From positions 1 through 26,965 of the forward strand of contig JAFSUV010000069.1 of NCBI GenBank assembly GCA_017450425.1: a stretch of DNA of 26,965 nt, written 5' to 3'. Shown here one piece after another: positions 14,923 through 24,217 of the stretch; position 1 is the stretch's first letter, and every line of letters starts with the position of its first letter. Source of the stretch: Kiritimatiellia bacterium (GTDB lineage: Bacteria > Verrucomicrobiota > Kiritimatiellia > RFP12 > UBA3636). The position numbers and the translations under genes are program-made. The notes below the pieces were generated by a model. The model saw only the letters and a program-made list of their open reading frames with translations. It had not been told where the DNA came from and ran no database searches.

Positions 14923-16076
14923 AACCCCGGTTCTTCCTCCCGGCCGCCGTTTCCGGCGCCCTTTTTGCATCAGTCGCGTCGGGCTCGACGCCCACCGCCG
15001 CGGCGGACGGCGCCGAAACGGCGCTCAAGCGCGCCGGCGAGTGGCTCGTCGCCGCCCAGAACGAAGACGGCTCTTTTTCAAACCCGAAGTTTCCGGGCCT
15101 CACGGCGATCGCGCTCTGGGGTCTGGAGGGCGCGGCGGCGGCGAAGGAAAGCGCCGGTGCCGACGCCTCTGCCGAGCGCGCCGCAGCCTCGCGGGCGACG
15201 GACTGGATACTCTCCAAGGCGCAGCCCGACGGCGGCTTCTACACGCCGGTGCCGGGGCGGGCCGGCGGCGGCCTCTCCACGTACAACACCGCGCTTTGCC
15301 TGACTGCGCTCTCGTTTGCAAAGCGCGACGACGCGGACTTCACCGCAAAAATCCTCGCCGCGCGGTCTTTCCTCGCGACCCAGCAGCTTGCCGGCGACGA
15401 TTCGTTCGCCGGCGGGTTCGGCTACGACAAGGAGGCCCCGCACCGCTACGCAGACCTCAACAACTCCACGTTCGCGATGGAGGCGATGCGCAGGACGCAG
15501 CGCTTCGAGGAGATGCGCCCCGCAGGCGAAAAGAAGGCCGACCTCGACTGGGGCGCCGCCCTGAAGTTTGCGGAGAGCCTCCACAACGGGGCCGACGCGG
15601 GCGACAGCGCCGGCGGCTTCGCCTACAGCCCGGCGGACGCCAAGGCCGGCACGGACGGAAACGCCGGCGAAAAGGTCGTGCTGCGCTCCTACGGCAGCAT
15701 CACGTATTCGGGGCTTCTCGCGCTCGTTTACTGCAAACTCGAAGCGCACGACCCGCGTGTGCGCTCGACGCTCGACTGGGCGTCGCGCCACTGGACGCTG
15801 GAGGAGAATCCCGGCGTCGGCGACCAGGGGCTTTACTTCTTCTACGACATAATCGGGCGCTCGCTTTCCGTCGCCGGCATTTCCGCCATCCCGCGCGCCG
15901 GCGACCAAGGCGGCGAAATCGACTGGCGCTCCGAGCTCAAGGCCAAGATGGCCGCCTTGCAGCGCGAAGACGGCTCGTACGCCAACCGCAACGGCCGCTT
16001 CTGGGAGAATGACCGCGTGCTCACGACCGGCTACTCGGCCGTGACGCTCGCGTTCGCCACCGGCGCGTTGCGCTAG
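14919..16076 (+). CDS. Exported prenyltransferase/squalene-cyclase-repeat (alpha-alpha barrel) protein, 385 aa
   Basis: Signal peptide; QW-like repeats WLVAAQNEDGSF, WILSKAQPDGGF, FLATQQ...GGFGY and LQREDGSY. ATGA overlap with the DUF1846 gene. Confidence 0.8.
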   Translation: MKPRFFLPAAVSGALFASVASGSTPTAAADGAETALKRAGEWLVAAQNEDGSFSNPKFPGLTAIALWGLEGAAAAKESAGADASAERAAASRATDWILSKAQPDGGFYTPVPGRAGGGLSTYNTALCLTALSFAKRDDADFTAKILAARSFLATQQLAGDDSFAGGFGYDKEAPHRYADLNNSTFAMEAMRRTQRFEEMRPAGEKKADLDWGAALKFAESLHNGADAGDSAGGFAYSPADAKAGTDGNAGEKVVLRSYGSITYSGLLALVYCKLEAHDPRVRSTLDWASRHWTLEENPGVGDQGLYFFYDIIGRSLSVAGISAIPRAGDQGGEIDWRSELKAKMAALQREDGSYANRNGRFWENDRVLTTGYSAVTLAFATGALR

Positions 16077-16099
16077 CGCCAAACCCCGCAAGCCGCGAC

Positions 16100-17482
16100 A
16101 TGAAAACCGACTCCGCGAAAGAGGCCCGGGGCAAGCCGAAGGGCATGCTCCGCTTTTTCATCCCGCTCGCCATCCAGTCGGCGAGCATGAGCTTTTCGTA
16201 TCTTTTCGTCGCGGCGATCGTGACGGAAGGGTCGCTGAAGGCGTTCGGCATCTCCGGTTCGGCCGAATATGCAGCGTTTTCGCAGGGCCTCACCGTGCTT
16301 TGGGTGCTTGCGGCGCTCGGCATGGGCCTGCCGACGACCGCGCTCGTTTTCTGCAAAACCCGCGAGAACATGCGCAGCTTTTCGCGCATGAACTACGCGC
16401 TCATGCTCGGCACCAACCTGCTGCAACTGCTCGTATGCCTCGTGCATCCGCTGGATCGCCTGGTGTTCGGCTCGTTCCTCGGCTTTTCCGACGACCCCGT
16501 GCTGTTCTCCGTCGCGCGCAACACGCTGCTTGGATGCATTCCGGTGCAGATGCTCTTCTACTGCAGAAACATGTATCTGGCGCGGCTGCTCATCGAGAAG
16601 CGGAGCGACCTGTCGAACATCGCCACCATGGCGCGCATCGCGTTCAGCATAGCTCTTTCGCCGCTTTTCGTGCGCCTCGGCTGCGTCGGATACAAGTGGG
16701 GCGTCGTGGCGATGTTCCTCCCGGTGCTGCTTGAGTTTGTGATAACGCGGCACTTCGCCATGCCGGGGATCCGCACGCTCGGCGACCCGCCGGAGGCGGA
16801 ACGCGCTTCCGCGATGGATCAGCTGCGCTTCACCATACCGCTCTCTTTCGGCGGCCTCATGCTGTCCGTGTCGGGCTTCATGACCGGGTTTTTCATGGGG
16901 CACCTGCCGAACCACGAGAACATGCTCGCCATCCACTACATCATGCTCGGCGTAGTGAACCCGGTTTCGTTTGCGGCGCTGCGCGTGCAGTCGGTCACGA
17001 TCACGTTCGCAGACGAAACGGACGGCGGCCGCAAGGTGCTTCCGTTTGCGCTCGCCGTGGGAGCGGCCTTTTCGTGCGTCACGCTCGTCGGCCAGATTCC
17101 GCCGCTCGCCCGCTGGTATTTCGGCAGTGTGCAGCACCTGCCCGGCGAATTCATCGGCGCCGCGAGTTTTGCGATGCTGCTCGCCTTGCCGATACCGCTC
17201 GGACAGGCGCTGCGCGGCCACGCGGAGGGACTCGCCGCAGTGAGGCGCCGCCCGAACGCGATCCTGTCCGGGCAGACGATCTACCTCGCGGTCCTCGTGT
17301 GCGCCCTTGCGCTCATGGGAAAATCGAGCCTCGTGCCCGGATACGCCCAAGGAGCGGTTGCGCTGGCGCTTGCGATCTGGGCCGCGCTGACCACGACCCA
17401 CGTGTCGCTCCTGGCGGGTGCGCACGAGCCGCACCTCTCGTCCGGCCAGTTCGGGACCGGCGTCCTCCGCACCCGCCGTTAG
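16100..17482 (+). CDS. Polytopic membrane protein, MATE/MOP-flippase-like, 460 aa
   Basis: About 12 hydrophobic segments. FFIPLA and FTIPL half-repeat starts are typical of MOP-superfamily exporters. Substrate unknown. Confidence 0.6.
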   Translation: MKTDSAKEARGKPKGMLRFFIPLAIQSASMSFSYLFVAAIVTEGSLKAFGISGSAEYAAFSQGLTVLWVLAALGMGLPTTALVFCKTRENMRSFSRMNYALMLGTNLLQLLVCLVHPLDRLVFGSFLGFSDDPVLFSVARNTLLGCIPVQMLFYCRNMYLARLLIEKRSDLSNIATMARIAFSIALSPLFVRLGCVGYKWGVVAMFLPVLLEFVITRHFAMPGIRTLGDPPEAERASAMDQLRFTIPLSFGGLMLSVSGFMTGFFMGHLPNHENMLAIHYIMLGVVNPVSFAALRVQSVTITFADETDGGRKVLPFALAVGAAFSCVTLVGQIPPLARWYFGSVQHLPGEFIGAASFAMLLALPIPLGQALRGHAEGLAAVRRRPNAILSGQTIYLAVLVCALALMGKSSLVPGYAQGAVALALAIWAALTTTHVSLLAGAHEPHLSSGQFGTGVLRTRR

Positions 17483-18222
17483 CGGCGGGCAAGCAGGGCG
17501 GACACCACTTTCGCCCGCGCCTCGGCGCCGAGCGGCGGCGAAACCGCCGGCGCGGAGCGGAGCAGATCCCGCAGAACCCGCAGGTTGCAAAGCGGGGTGC
17601 CATCGACGTCGGTGGCGTCGGTGTCCATGCCGTTGGAGGCGAAGCACACGACCGGCATCACCGGGAAGCCGTCCGGCAGCAGACCGTCCAGTATCGCCTT
17701 GAGTTCGCTCGCCTGGCGGCGCGCCTGCACCACCGGGGAGTGCGCCACGGGCATGCCGCCGGTCGTGACGCACCCGCCTTCGACCTTCACCGGGCCGGAC
17801 CAGTTCTTCGTCTCGATCACGAAAATGCCGCCCGCTCCGAGCGCCACGTGGTCGAAGTCCTGCCCGCCGCGCCGGGCGCGGCTCGGGACGCCGTGCAGCA
17901 CGACCCACCCCGCCGGCAGGAGCGCCAGCTCGCGCGCCACCGACTCTTCGCCCTGGGCGCCCTTGAGGAACATCCCGAAGCGCCTGGCGCACCTGTCCGA
18001 CGCCACCCATGCGGCGAGCGCCACCGCCGCGAGGAACGCGGCGGCGGCGATTCGCGGCAGCGGCAGCGGCAGCGCCGCGTGGAGAAAGTAGCCGCAGAGA
18101 AAGACCACGAAAAGGAACGGGCCGTAGATGTCGGCAAGCCCGAAAAAGCGCACTCGCGCTCCGGGGGAGCCGTGGACTGTCGCGTACGGCGACGGGGGCG
18201 GGATGGAAGTGCTGGTGCTCAT
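17479..18222 (-). CDS. NERD-domain (nuclease-related) membrane protein, 247 aa
   Basis: Two N-terminal TM segments, then KGAQGEESVARELALL...DFDHVALGAGGIFVIETKNWSG. ATG 18222 overlaps the upstream stop (ATGA). Confidence 0.85.
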   Translation of the reverse strand: MSTSTSIPPPSPYATVHGSPGARVRFFGLADIYGPFLFVVFLCGYFLHAALPLPLPRIAAAAFLAAVALAAWVASDRCARRFGMFLKGAQGEESVARELALLPAGWVVLHGVPSRARRGGQDFDHVALGAGGIFVIETKNWSGPVKVEGGCVTTGGMPVAHSPVVQARRQASELKAILDGLLPDGFPVMPVVCFASNGMDTDATDVDGTPLCNLRVLRDLLRSAPAVSPPLGAEARAKVVSALLARR

Positions 18223-19730
18223 TGTGCGGGTGTTCCCGTAAGTCCGTGCGCGAGGCGCACGATCTGCCTGTCGTTCACGGCCTCGCCTTCGAGCGGGGCC
18301 GAGGAGACGCCGTCGTGCATCACGACGACGCGGTCGCAGAGGCCGACGACCTCGTCCATTTCCGACGAGATGGCGACTATGGCCATGCCGTCCGCCGCGA
18401 GGCGGCGGAGGGCGGCGTAGATTTCGGCGCGCGCGCCGACATCGACGCCGCGCGTCGGCTCGTCCACCACGAGTACGCGCGGCGCGGCGGCGAGCGCGCG
18501 CGCAAGGACCGTCTTCTGCTGGTTGCCGCCGGAGAGCGACCTCTCCGGATCGGACAGTTTCGAGCGCTGGATTTTCAGCGCGTCGGCCAGAGGCAGCACG
18601 CGCGAATCGCGCCGCCGCGAGGACAGGAACACGCCGCCTGCGGCGTCCAGTCCGAGCGAAGAGAGCGCGATGTTGGCCGCCACCGGTTCGTCCGGCAGGA
18701 TGCCTTCGCCCTGCCTGTCCTCCGTGAGATACGCGACGCCGCGCGCGAGGGCGTCCGACACGGACGAAAACCGGACCTCCTCTCCGCCGAGCAGGATTTT
18801 CCCGCGAACCGGCCGCGAGTGGCCGCAGAGCATGTGCGCAAGTTCCGTCCGCCCCGATCCGGCAAGCCCGGCGATGCCGAGGATCTCCCCTTGGCGCACC
18901 GTGAGCGAGGCGTCTTTCACGCGCCCGCCGTCGGCGAGCGAGACCGCTTCGAGGGCGGGCCCCCGCCCGCTGTCTTCCACAGGCGCCGCCTTGGGCGGGT
19001 AGAGGTGCGAAAGCGGCCGGCCGACCATCGCCTCCGCAAGGCTTTCCGGCGTGAAGTCGCCGGCGGGGCGGCATTCGACGAGCGCGCCGTCGCGCAGCAC
19101 CGCGATGTCGTCGCACACGGCGAGGACTTCGTCGAGCTTGTGCGACACCCACATCGCGGCGCCGCCGCCGTCGCGGAACTTGCGCACCACGTCAAGCAGC
19201 GCCTCCGTTTCTTCGGGGCCGAGCACGGTCGTCGGCTCGTCGAAGAGGAGTACCGGCGCGCGGTTGAGAAGCGCCCGCGCGATTTCGATTTTCTGCCTGT
19301 CCGCGACGCCGAGCGCCGAAACCGGAGCGCCGGGGTCGAGCGCCGGCGCTCCGGCCTCGGCGAGCACCCGCATCGCTTCTTCGTTTTCCAGCGATTTGTC
19401 GATGAAAGACCCGCGCTGCAGCTCGCGCCCGAGGAACAGGTTTTCCGCCACTGTCATGCCCGGCACGAGGTGGAACTCCTGCGGCACGAGGCGGCAGACG
19501 CGCCGCCGCGCTTCGCCTCCGGGCAGGTTTTCGCCGCCCCAGACCACGGAGCCCGCGTCTTCGCCGAGAAAGCCCGCCATGCAGCGCATGAGGGTCGATT
19601 TGCCGGCGCCGTTTTCGCCGCACAGCCCCAGGATTTGCCCCGGCTTTACAGTCAGCGAAACGCCGCGCAGCACGACATTGGGTCCGAACGCCTTGCTGAG
19701 GCCCCGTATTTCAAGCGCCTTTGACGTCAT
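18219..19730 (-). CDS. Sugar (CUT2; RbsA/MglA-like) ABC transporter ATP-binding protein with tandem NBDs, 503 aa
   Basis: Walker A GENGAGKST, LLFDEPT, second domain LSGGNQQK and VDEPTRGVDVGARAEIY. ATG 19730 overlaps the upstream stop. Confidence 0.93.
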   Translation of the reverse strand: MTSKALEIRGLSKAFGPNVVLRGVSLTVKPGQILGLCGENGAGKSTLMRCMAGFLGEDAGSVVWGGENLPGGEARRRVCRLVPQEFHLVPGMTVAENLFLGRELQRGSFIDKSLENEEAMRVLAEAGAPALDPGAPVSALGVADRQKIEIARALLNRAPVLLFDEPTTVLGPEETEALLDVVRKFRDGGGAAMWVSHKLDEVLAVCDDIAVLRDGALVECRPAGDFTPESLAEAMVGRPLSHLYPPKAAPVEDSGRGPALEAVSLADGGRVKDASLTVRQGEILGIAGLAGSGRTELAHMLCGHSRPVRGKILLGGEEVRFSSVSDALARGVAYLTEDRQGEGILPDEPVAANIALSSLGLDAAGGVFLSSRRRDSRVLPLADALKIQRSKLSDPERSLSGGNQQKTVLARALAAAPRVLVVDEPTRGVDVGARAEIYAALRRLAADGMAIVAISSEMDEVVGLCDRVVVMHDGVSSAPLEGEAVNDRQIVRLAHGLTGTPAQ

Positions 19731-20548
19731 GTCTTCCTGCCGACGAGAATGATTGTGGACGGTATCGCGAAAAGTTCGCCGCCGTGGGCCGCCCAATCGG
19801 CGCTCGTGTAAGGGGCGTCTTCGACCGCCGGAGGCTCGGCAAGCGCCGTGACCTGAAGCCCGGCTGCGGTGAACCAGCCGAACCAGGCCGACACCGGCCA
19901 GGCGCGCGACACGACGTGGCCGAAGGCGTCGTCGCGAATGTCGTCCGGCGGGTTGAAATAGCTCTCCAAAAACACGCCCTGCGATTCTTCCGCGCCGTCG
20001 CCGCCGCCGCCATCGTCCTCCCAGGCGCCGGTTGTCCACTCGCCGTTGAACACGGGGTGAACGGACGAAGCCATTACGACGCCGCCCCGTTTTGTCCTGC
20101 GCGCCATGGCGCCGATGACCGGGCCGGGGTCGTCCACGAACTCCAGCGCGTGGCTGCTGTGGACGAAATCGAACTGCTCGCCGCCGCCGAGCGCGTCTTC
20201 GAACCGCTCCAGCGCGGCGGGCCTGAGGTCGATCGCGACTCCGTTCGCGGCGGCGAGGGCGCGGGCGCGCTCGAGCTGCTTTTCCGAGATGTCGAGCGCC
20301 GTGCAGACAAGCCCCTTCTTCGCGAGCCACACGCTGTTTTCCGCGCCGCCGCAGCCAAGCTCGAGCGCCGAAGCGCCCTGCGGAAAGTCCGGCAGCAAAT
20401 GAAGCGCGTTTTCGCCCGGAATCTGAGGCCCGTAGTGGAAGTCGTCTGCGGAAATCCGCGTAATCGCCGCATAATCGGCGGCAAGGGCGTTCCAATAGTC
20501 GCGCTGGCGCGAGGGATTCGTCCGCTCCCTTTCCGATTCGTTTTTCAC
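19727..20548 (-). CDS. Class I SAM-dependent methyltransferase
   Basis: ALELGCGGAENS motif I, LDISEKQLERA motif II and FDFVHSSHAL. GTG start 3 nt after the pdp stop. Confidence 0.88.
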   Translation of the reverse strand: MKNESERERTNPSRQRDYWNALAADYAAITRISADDFHYGPQIPGENALHLLPDFPQGASALELGCGGAENSVWLAKKGLVCTALDISEKQLERARALAAANGVAIDLRPAALERFEDALGGGEQFDFVHSSHALEFVDDPGPVIGAMARRTKRGGVVMASSVHPVFNGEWTTGAWEDDGGGGDGAEESQGVFLESYFNPPDDIRDDAFGHVVSRAWPVSAWFGWFTAAGLQVTALAEPPAVEDAPYTSADWAAHGGELFAIPSTIILVGRKT

Positions 20549-20551
20549 GGA

Positions 20552-21874
20552 CTAGGGTCCAAACTCCGGTTGAATGAAGAGGGGCCGCGCCGGAACCGGC
20601 TCTTCCGAGACCGAAAACGCGCCTTTGAGAAGCGGCATGGCTTCGCCCAGCGCCGCCTCTGACCGTGCGTGGACGACGAGAAGCGGCTCGCCGGCCGACA
20701 CGTGTTCGCCGGTTTTGCGGATGTCCGATACGCCGACTGCGGGGTCTATCGCATCCGAGACGCTCCTGCGCCCGCCGCCGAGCAAAAGCACGGCGCGGCC
20801 GATGGCGTCGGCATCCACGGCGGAAACGAACCCGGCGCGCGGAGCCTCGACGGGCCGCCGCACCGGCGCGCGCGGCAGCACACTCTCCGGGGCGTCGATC
20901 ACGGCGGCGTTTCCGCCGTGCGCCGCGACCATTTCGGCGAATTTTTGCGCCGCCGCGCCGGAAGAGAGTTTTTCCTCCAGCATGCGCATGGCGGCGTTTT
21001 CATCGACCGCGACTCCGGTAAGTGTGAGCATCGGCGCCGCGAGCCGGAGCGTGAGCGCCCGCGCGTCCTTCGGGCCGCCGCCGCGGAGGATTTCCACCGA
21101 TTCGGCAATTTCGAGCGCGTTGCCCGCCGTGCGGCCGAGCGGCTCGTCCATGGCCGTGACGAGCGCTTCGGCGCCGCGCCCGGCGCCGCGCGCGACCGAG
21201 ACGAGCGACTGCGCGAGCGCGAGTGCGTCCTCGCGCGTCTTCATGAACGCCCCGGCGCCGCACTTGACATCGAACACGAGCGCGCCCGCGCCCTCGGCGA
21301 GCTTTTTCGAGAGGATGCTCGCCGTGATGAGCGGGATCGACGGCACGGTGCCCGTCACGTCCCGCAGGGCGTAGAGCTTCCTGTCTGCGGGGGCGAGGCG
21401 CTCGGTCTGCCCGATAATCGAGCAGCCGACGGTCGAAACGATGCTGCGGAAGCGCTCGACGGAAAGCGCCGCGTCGTAGCCCGGAATGGATTCGAGCTTG
21501 TCGAGCGTCCCGCCGGTTATGCCGAGGCCGCGGCCGGAAATCATCGGCACGGCGACGCCGCACGCCGCGACGAGCGGTGCGAGGGGGATGGAGACTTTGT
21601 CCCCGATGCCGCCGGTGGAGTGCTTGTCCGCAGTCGGCGCGCCGATGCCGCCCCAATCGAGCGAATCGCCGGAGAAGCGCATGGCGTCCGTGAGGGCGAG
21701 CGTCTCGGCGCTCGTCATCCCCCGGAAGAACACCGCCATGGCGAACGCCGCCATCTGGTATTCGGGCAGCCGCCCGTCGGTGAAACGGGCGACGAGTTCG
21801 CGCAAGTCGGCCTCGGCGACAGCCTGGCCGTCGCGCTTGCGCTCGATGATCCATTGCGGCACGAAACTGTCCAT
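20552..21874 (-). CDS. pdp: Pyrimidine-nucleoside/thymidine phosphorylase
   Basis: IIERKRDG, DKHSTGGIGDK, SGRGLG(I)TGGTLDKLESIPG, APADRKLYALRDVT, SILSKKLA and DVKCGAGAFMK motifs. Confidence 0.93.
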   Translation of the reverse strand: MDSFVPQWIIERKRDGQAVAEADLRELVARFTDGRLPEYQMAAFAMAVFFRGMTSAETLALTDAMRFSGDSLDWGGIGAPTADKHSTGGIGDKVSIPLAPLVAACGVAVPMISGRGLGITGGTLDKLESIPGYDAALSVERFRSIVSTVGCSIIGQTERLAPADRKLYALRDVTGTVPSIPLITASILSKKLAEGAGALVFDVKCGAGAFMKTREDALALAQSLVSVARGAGRGAEALVTAMDEPLGRTAGNALEIAESVEILRGGGPKDARALTLRLAAPMLTLTGVAVDENAAMRMLEEKLSSGAAAQKFAEMVAAHGGNAAVIDAPESVLPRAPVRRPVEAPRAGFVSAVDADAIGRAVLLLGGGRRSVSDAIDPAVGVSDIRKTGEHVSAGEPLLVVHARSEAALGEAMPLLKGAFSVSEEPVPARPLFIQPEFGP

Positions 21875-21919
21875 GGCGGAAGCGTCTTTGCGGCGGGGCG
21901 GTGCGGCCGGAATCGGGTT

Positions 21920-22831
21920 TTACCAGGGGGCGGCGAGGCCGAGCGAAGGCAGTTTCGCCTTGAGCTCGGTCCCTTCGCGCATGACGCGGATGGAGCCGTC
22001 TTCGTTGCGGCGCAGGAGGCCGCGCTCCAGCGCTTCCCGCACCGCTTCGTCGGCCTTGCCGCCGGCGATGAGGCGCACGACCGCGCTTTCCGGCGCCGTG
22101 AGGTTCGTCGCGCCAAGTTCGTAGTCCTCGAAGGCCCTCCACGCCTTGGGCACCCAGCGCGAGACGATTTCGCGCCCGATGAGCTCCGCATAGACGCGTA
22201 TTTCGTATTGCGCCGCCCCGGGCATGCGCAGGGCGAGGAAGTGGAGAAGGTTTTTGAGGTTGCACTTCCAATACGCTTCCGTGTAGGTCGAAAGCGGCAG
22301 ATCCTTGCGGGCGATTTCGCGCGAGACGCCCGCTTCGAGGCGCTTCTCGTAGAGGGCGCGCGCGGCGGCGTGGAAGTCCTTTTCGTCGGCGGAAAGCGCC
22401 GCCCCCACTTCCGCCGGAAGCGCCTCGCCGGAGCCTTGGCGGTTCGTTGACGACTGCGAGCGCCATTCGTCCGGCGCCAGCGACCGGGCGGCGTCTATGG
22501 CTATCGAGTAGCGCGTCGAATATTCGTTGATGGACGCCGTGCGGTGGCGGACCCACTGCCGCCACACGTCCATCGGCGCGCGCACGTGGAGCTACAATAC
22601 GCACATATCGAACGGCGTGGTGTGGCGGTGGCGCAAGAGGTAGCGGATGAGATGCTCGTCGTCCGACCCCTTTTTCGTGCCGTCGCCGTACGAAACGCGC
22701 GCCGCCTGCACGATTGAGGAGTCGTTGCCCATGTAATCGACGACCCGTACGAAGCCGTCGTCGAGCACTTTGAATGTTTCGCCCAGGATTGCATCGAGTT
22801 CGGGGCTTGCGGCGCGCTGGAGTTTTTCCAT
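21920..22831 (-). pseudogene. thyX: FAD-dependent thymidylate synthase ThyX, interrupted by an in-frame TAG at 22594-22592 (pseudogene or sequence error)
   Basis: Track ORFs 22592-22873 and 21920-22585 are in the same frame. Joined they give [17 protein letters not shown]...[19 protein letters not shown]...RHRTASINEYSTRY (RHRx7S motif)...AREIARKDLP...NLLHFLALR. Confidence 0.85.
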
Positions 22832-22983
22832 GGTTTTTGTCTGGTCGGGAATGGTCTGAATGCGGGGCGGCACAGCCTTGAACCGCCAACTTCGCTGCGT
22901 ATTCTACACCAAGAGCGGGCCTTTCGGTTCATGCGCGCCTCCGCCTGCACGGATTCCAAACCAGCGGCCCGCTTCGGCGGCGA

Positions 22984-23012
22984 TGGACAAATCGCGGAAA
23001 ACCGGATATACT
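22984..23012 (+). promoter_or_regulatory. Sigma-70 promoter for the hypothetical-murE-gluQ unit
   Basis: TGGACA, 17-nt spacer, TATACT. Confidence 0.65.
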
Positions 23013-23058
23013 CCCGTACCAGATGGGCGCGATGTGGGCTTTTCGCCTGGCGCCGCAA

Positions 23059-24180
23059 ATGGAATCGATTCTCAAAATGTCTTCCGAAACAGATAAGGTC
23101 GAGGCGGGCGGAAACGCTGCGCCGCAGAAGGGCGGCGGCGGTCTGCTCATGCGCTTCACCGGCGCGCTGCTGGTCGTCGCGGCGGTGTTTTTGTGGCACC
23201 GGGATTTCCGGGACGCCAAGCGGCGTTCCGATGCCGCCAGCGCCTTGCGCTACGTGGCCAACACTTCGATCCTCGGCATGGGGCTCAGGGCCTCGCCGCG
23301 GCAGGGCGGGGCGGAGCCCGCGCTTTACGAGCCGTGCTCGCCCGAAGTGGCTTCGAACATCCTTGTCCGCCTTGCCATGGCCGAGCCGGTGAAAACCCCG
23401 AAGTTCGACGAGACCGCGAACGCCTACGACATGTTCCTGTTTCTCACCAACCGGGCGCGGGTGTTCTTGCGGGCCAGGCGGAGCGTGAAGTCCGACGAGA
23501 CGTATGTGGCGCTGCTTGAATCCCGCCGCAATTCCGGCTTCGGTTCCAATGGCGGCCAGTTTTCCCTTGTCGAGTGCGAGCCGGCGCTCGTGACGGGTTT
23601 GGGGGCCATTTTCGACGAAATCGATTCCGGCGATCTTTCCGTGCTGCGCAGCGCCCGCGTGATTTTGCCTCCGGGGTTCAAGGCGTGGACGAATCTGGTG
23701 CGCCGCGCCGGAGTGGCCGGGCTCGACGAGGAATCGCTCAAGAGCACGGAGACCGCGCTGCGCGCGATAGTTTCCAGCGCGAAAGTCGTAGGATGCGGTC
23801 TATCGGAAGGCGCAGTGGTGGGGCGGGAAAAGTCCGTCGTCCACAGAGTCGGCGCCGAAACCGCCGCGAAAGTGGCGCAGGCGCTCGCCGGAGCGGAGCG
23901 CGCGGAAACGCCTTCCGGCACGATCGAGGGCGAGGAGTACGGTCTCGTCATCGCTTTCGACGAAGGCTTCGCGGTGAATCTGCGCGTCGCCGTCGCGGAT
24001 GCGGAGCCGCAGGACGCGCTTGTCGGGTTCGTCGATTTCCTGGCGGCGGGCGACGGCGGCGAAGCGCCTAAGGCCGTTGTTTCCGCCCCGGCCCGCGTTT
24101 CCGGCCTGGGCGCGCTGATTTCTTCGATCCGGGCCGAGGAAAAGGGCGGCGGCGCGGCGCGCGCCGGAGCGCCCGAATGA
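23059..24180 (+). CDS. Hypothetical protein with a single N-terminal membrane anchor (start 23059 or 23077)
   Basis: Long ORF with GC3-rich codons; hydrophobic FTGALLVVAAVFLW; no recognisable domain. Confidence 0.7.
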   Translation: MESILKMSSETDKVEAGGNAAPQKGGGGLLMRFTGALLVVAAVFLWHRDFRDAKRRSDAASALRYVANTSILGMGLRASPRQGGAEPALYEPCSPEVASNILVRLAMAEPVKTPKFDETANAYDMFLFLTNRARVFLRARRSVKSDETYVALLESRRNSGFGSNGGQFSLVECEPALVTGLGAIFDEIDSGDLSVLRSARVILPPGFKAWTNLVRRAGVAGLDEESLKSTETALRAIVSSAKVVGCGLSEGAVVGREKSVVHRVGAETAAKVAQALAGAERAETPSGTIEGEEYGLVIAFDEGFAVNLRVAVADAEPQDALVGFVDFLAAGDGGEAPKAVVSAPARVSGLGALISSIRAEEKGGGAARAGAPE

Positions 24181-24217
24181 AGGCGGTCGCGGCCGCTTCC
24201 GGGAGGCATGATGCGAG

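Noticed and set aside
17777-17788. CCTTCGACCTTC in the NERD gene as another heptamer tract
   Set aside because: Fewer than two full units. It is explained by ordinary codons for K-V-E-G.
21518-21520. His-to-Ile change in the Pdp GLGHTGGT motif as a sign of inactivation
   Set aside because: The catalytic DKHSTGG, SKK and RD motifs are intact. A single substitution in this loop is not enough evidence without an alignment.
22592-22594. Genome-wide TAG reassignment or pyrrolysine
   Set aside because: TAG is the evident stop of sctQ, sctS, sctU, tolB, ilvB, pdp and others at the expected protein ends, and no pyl genes are visible.
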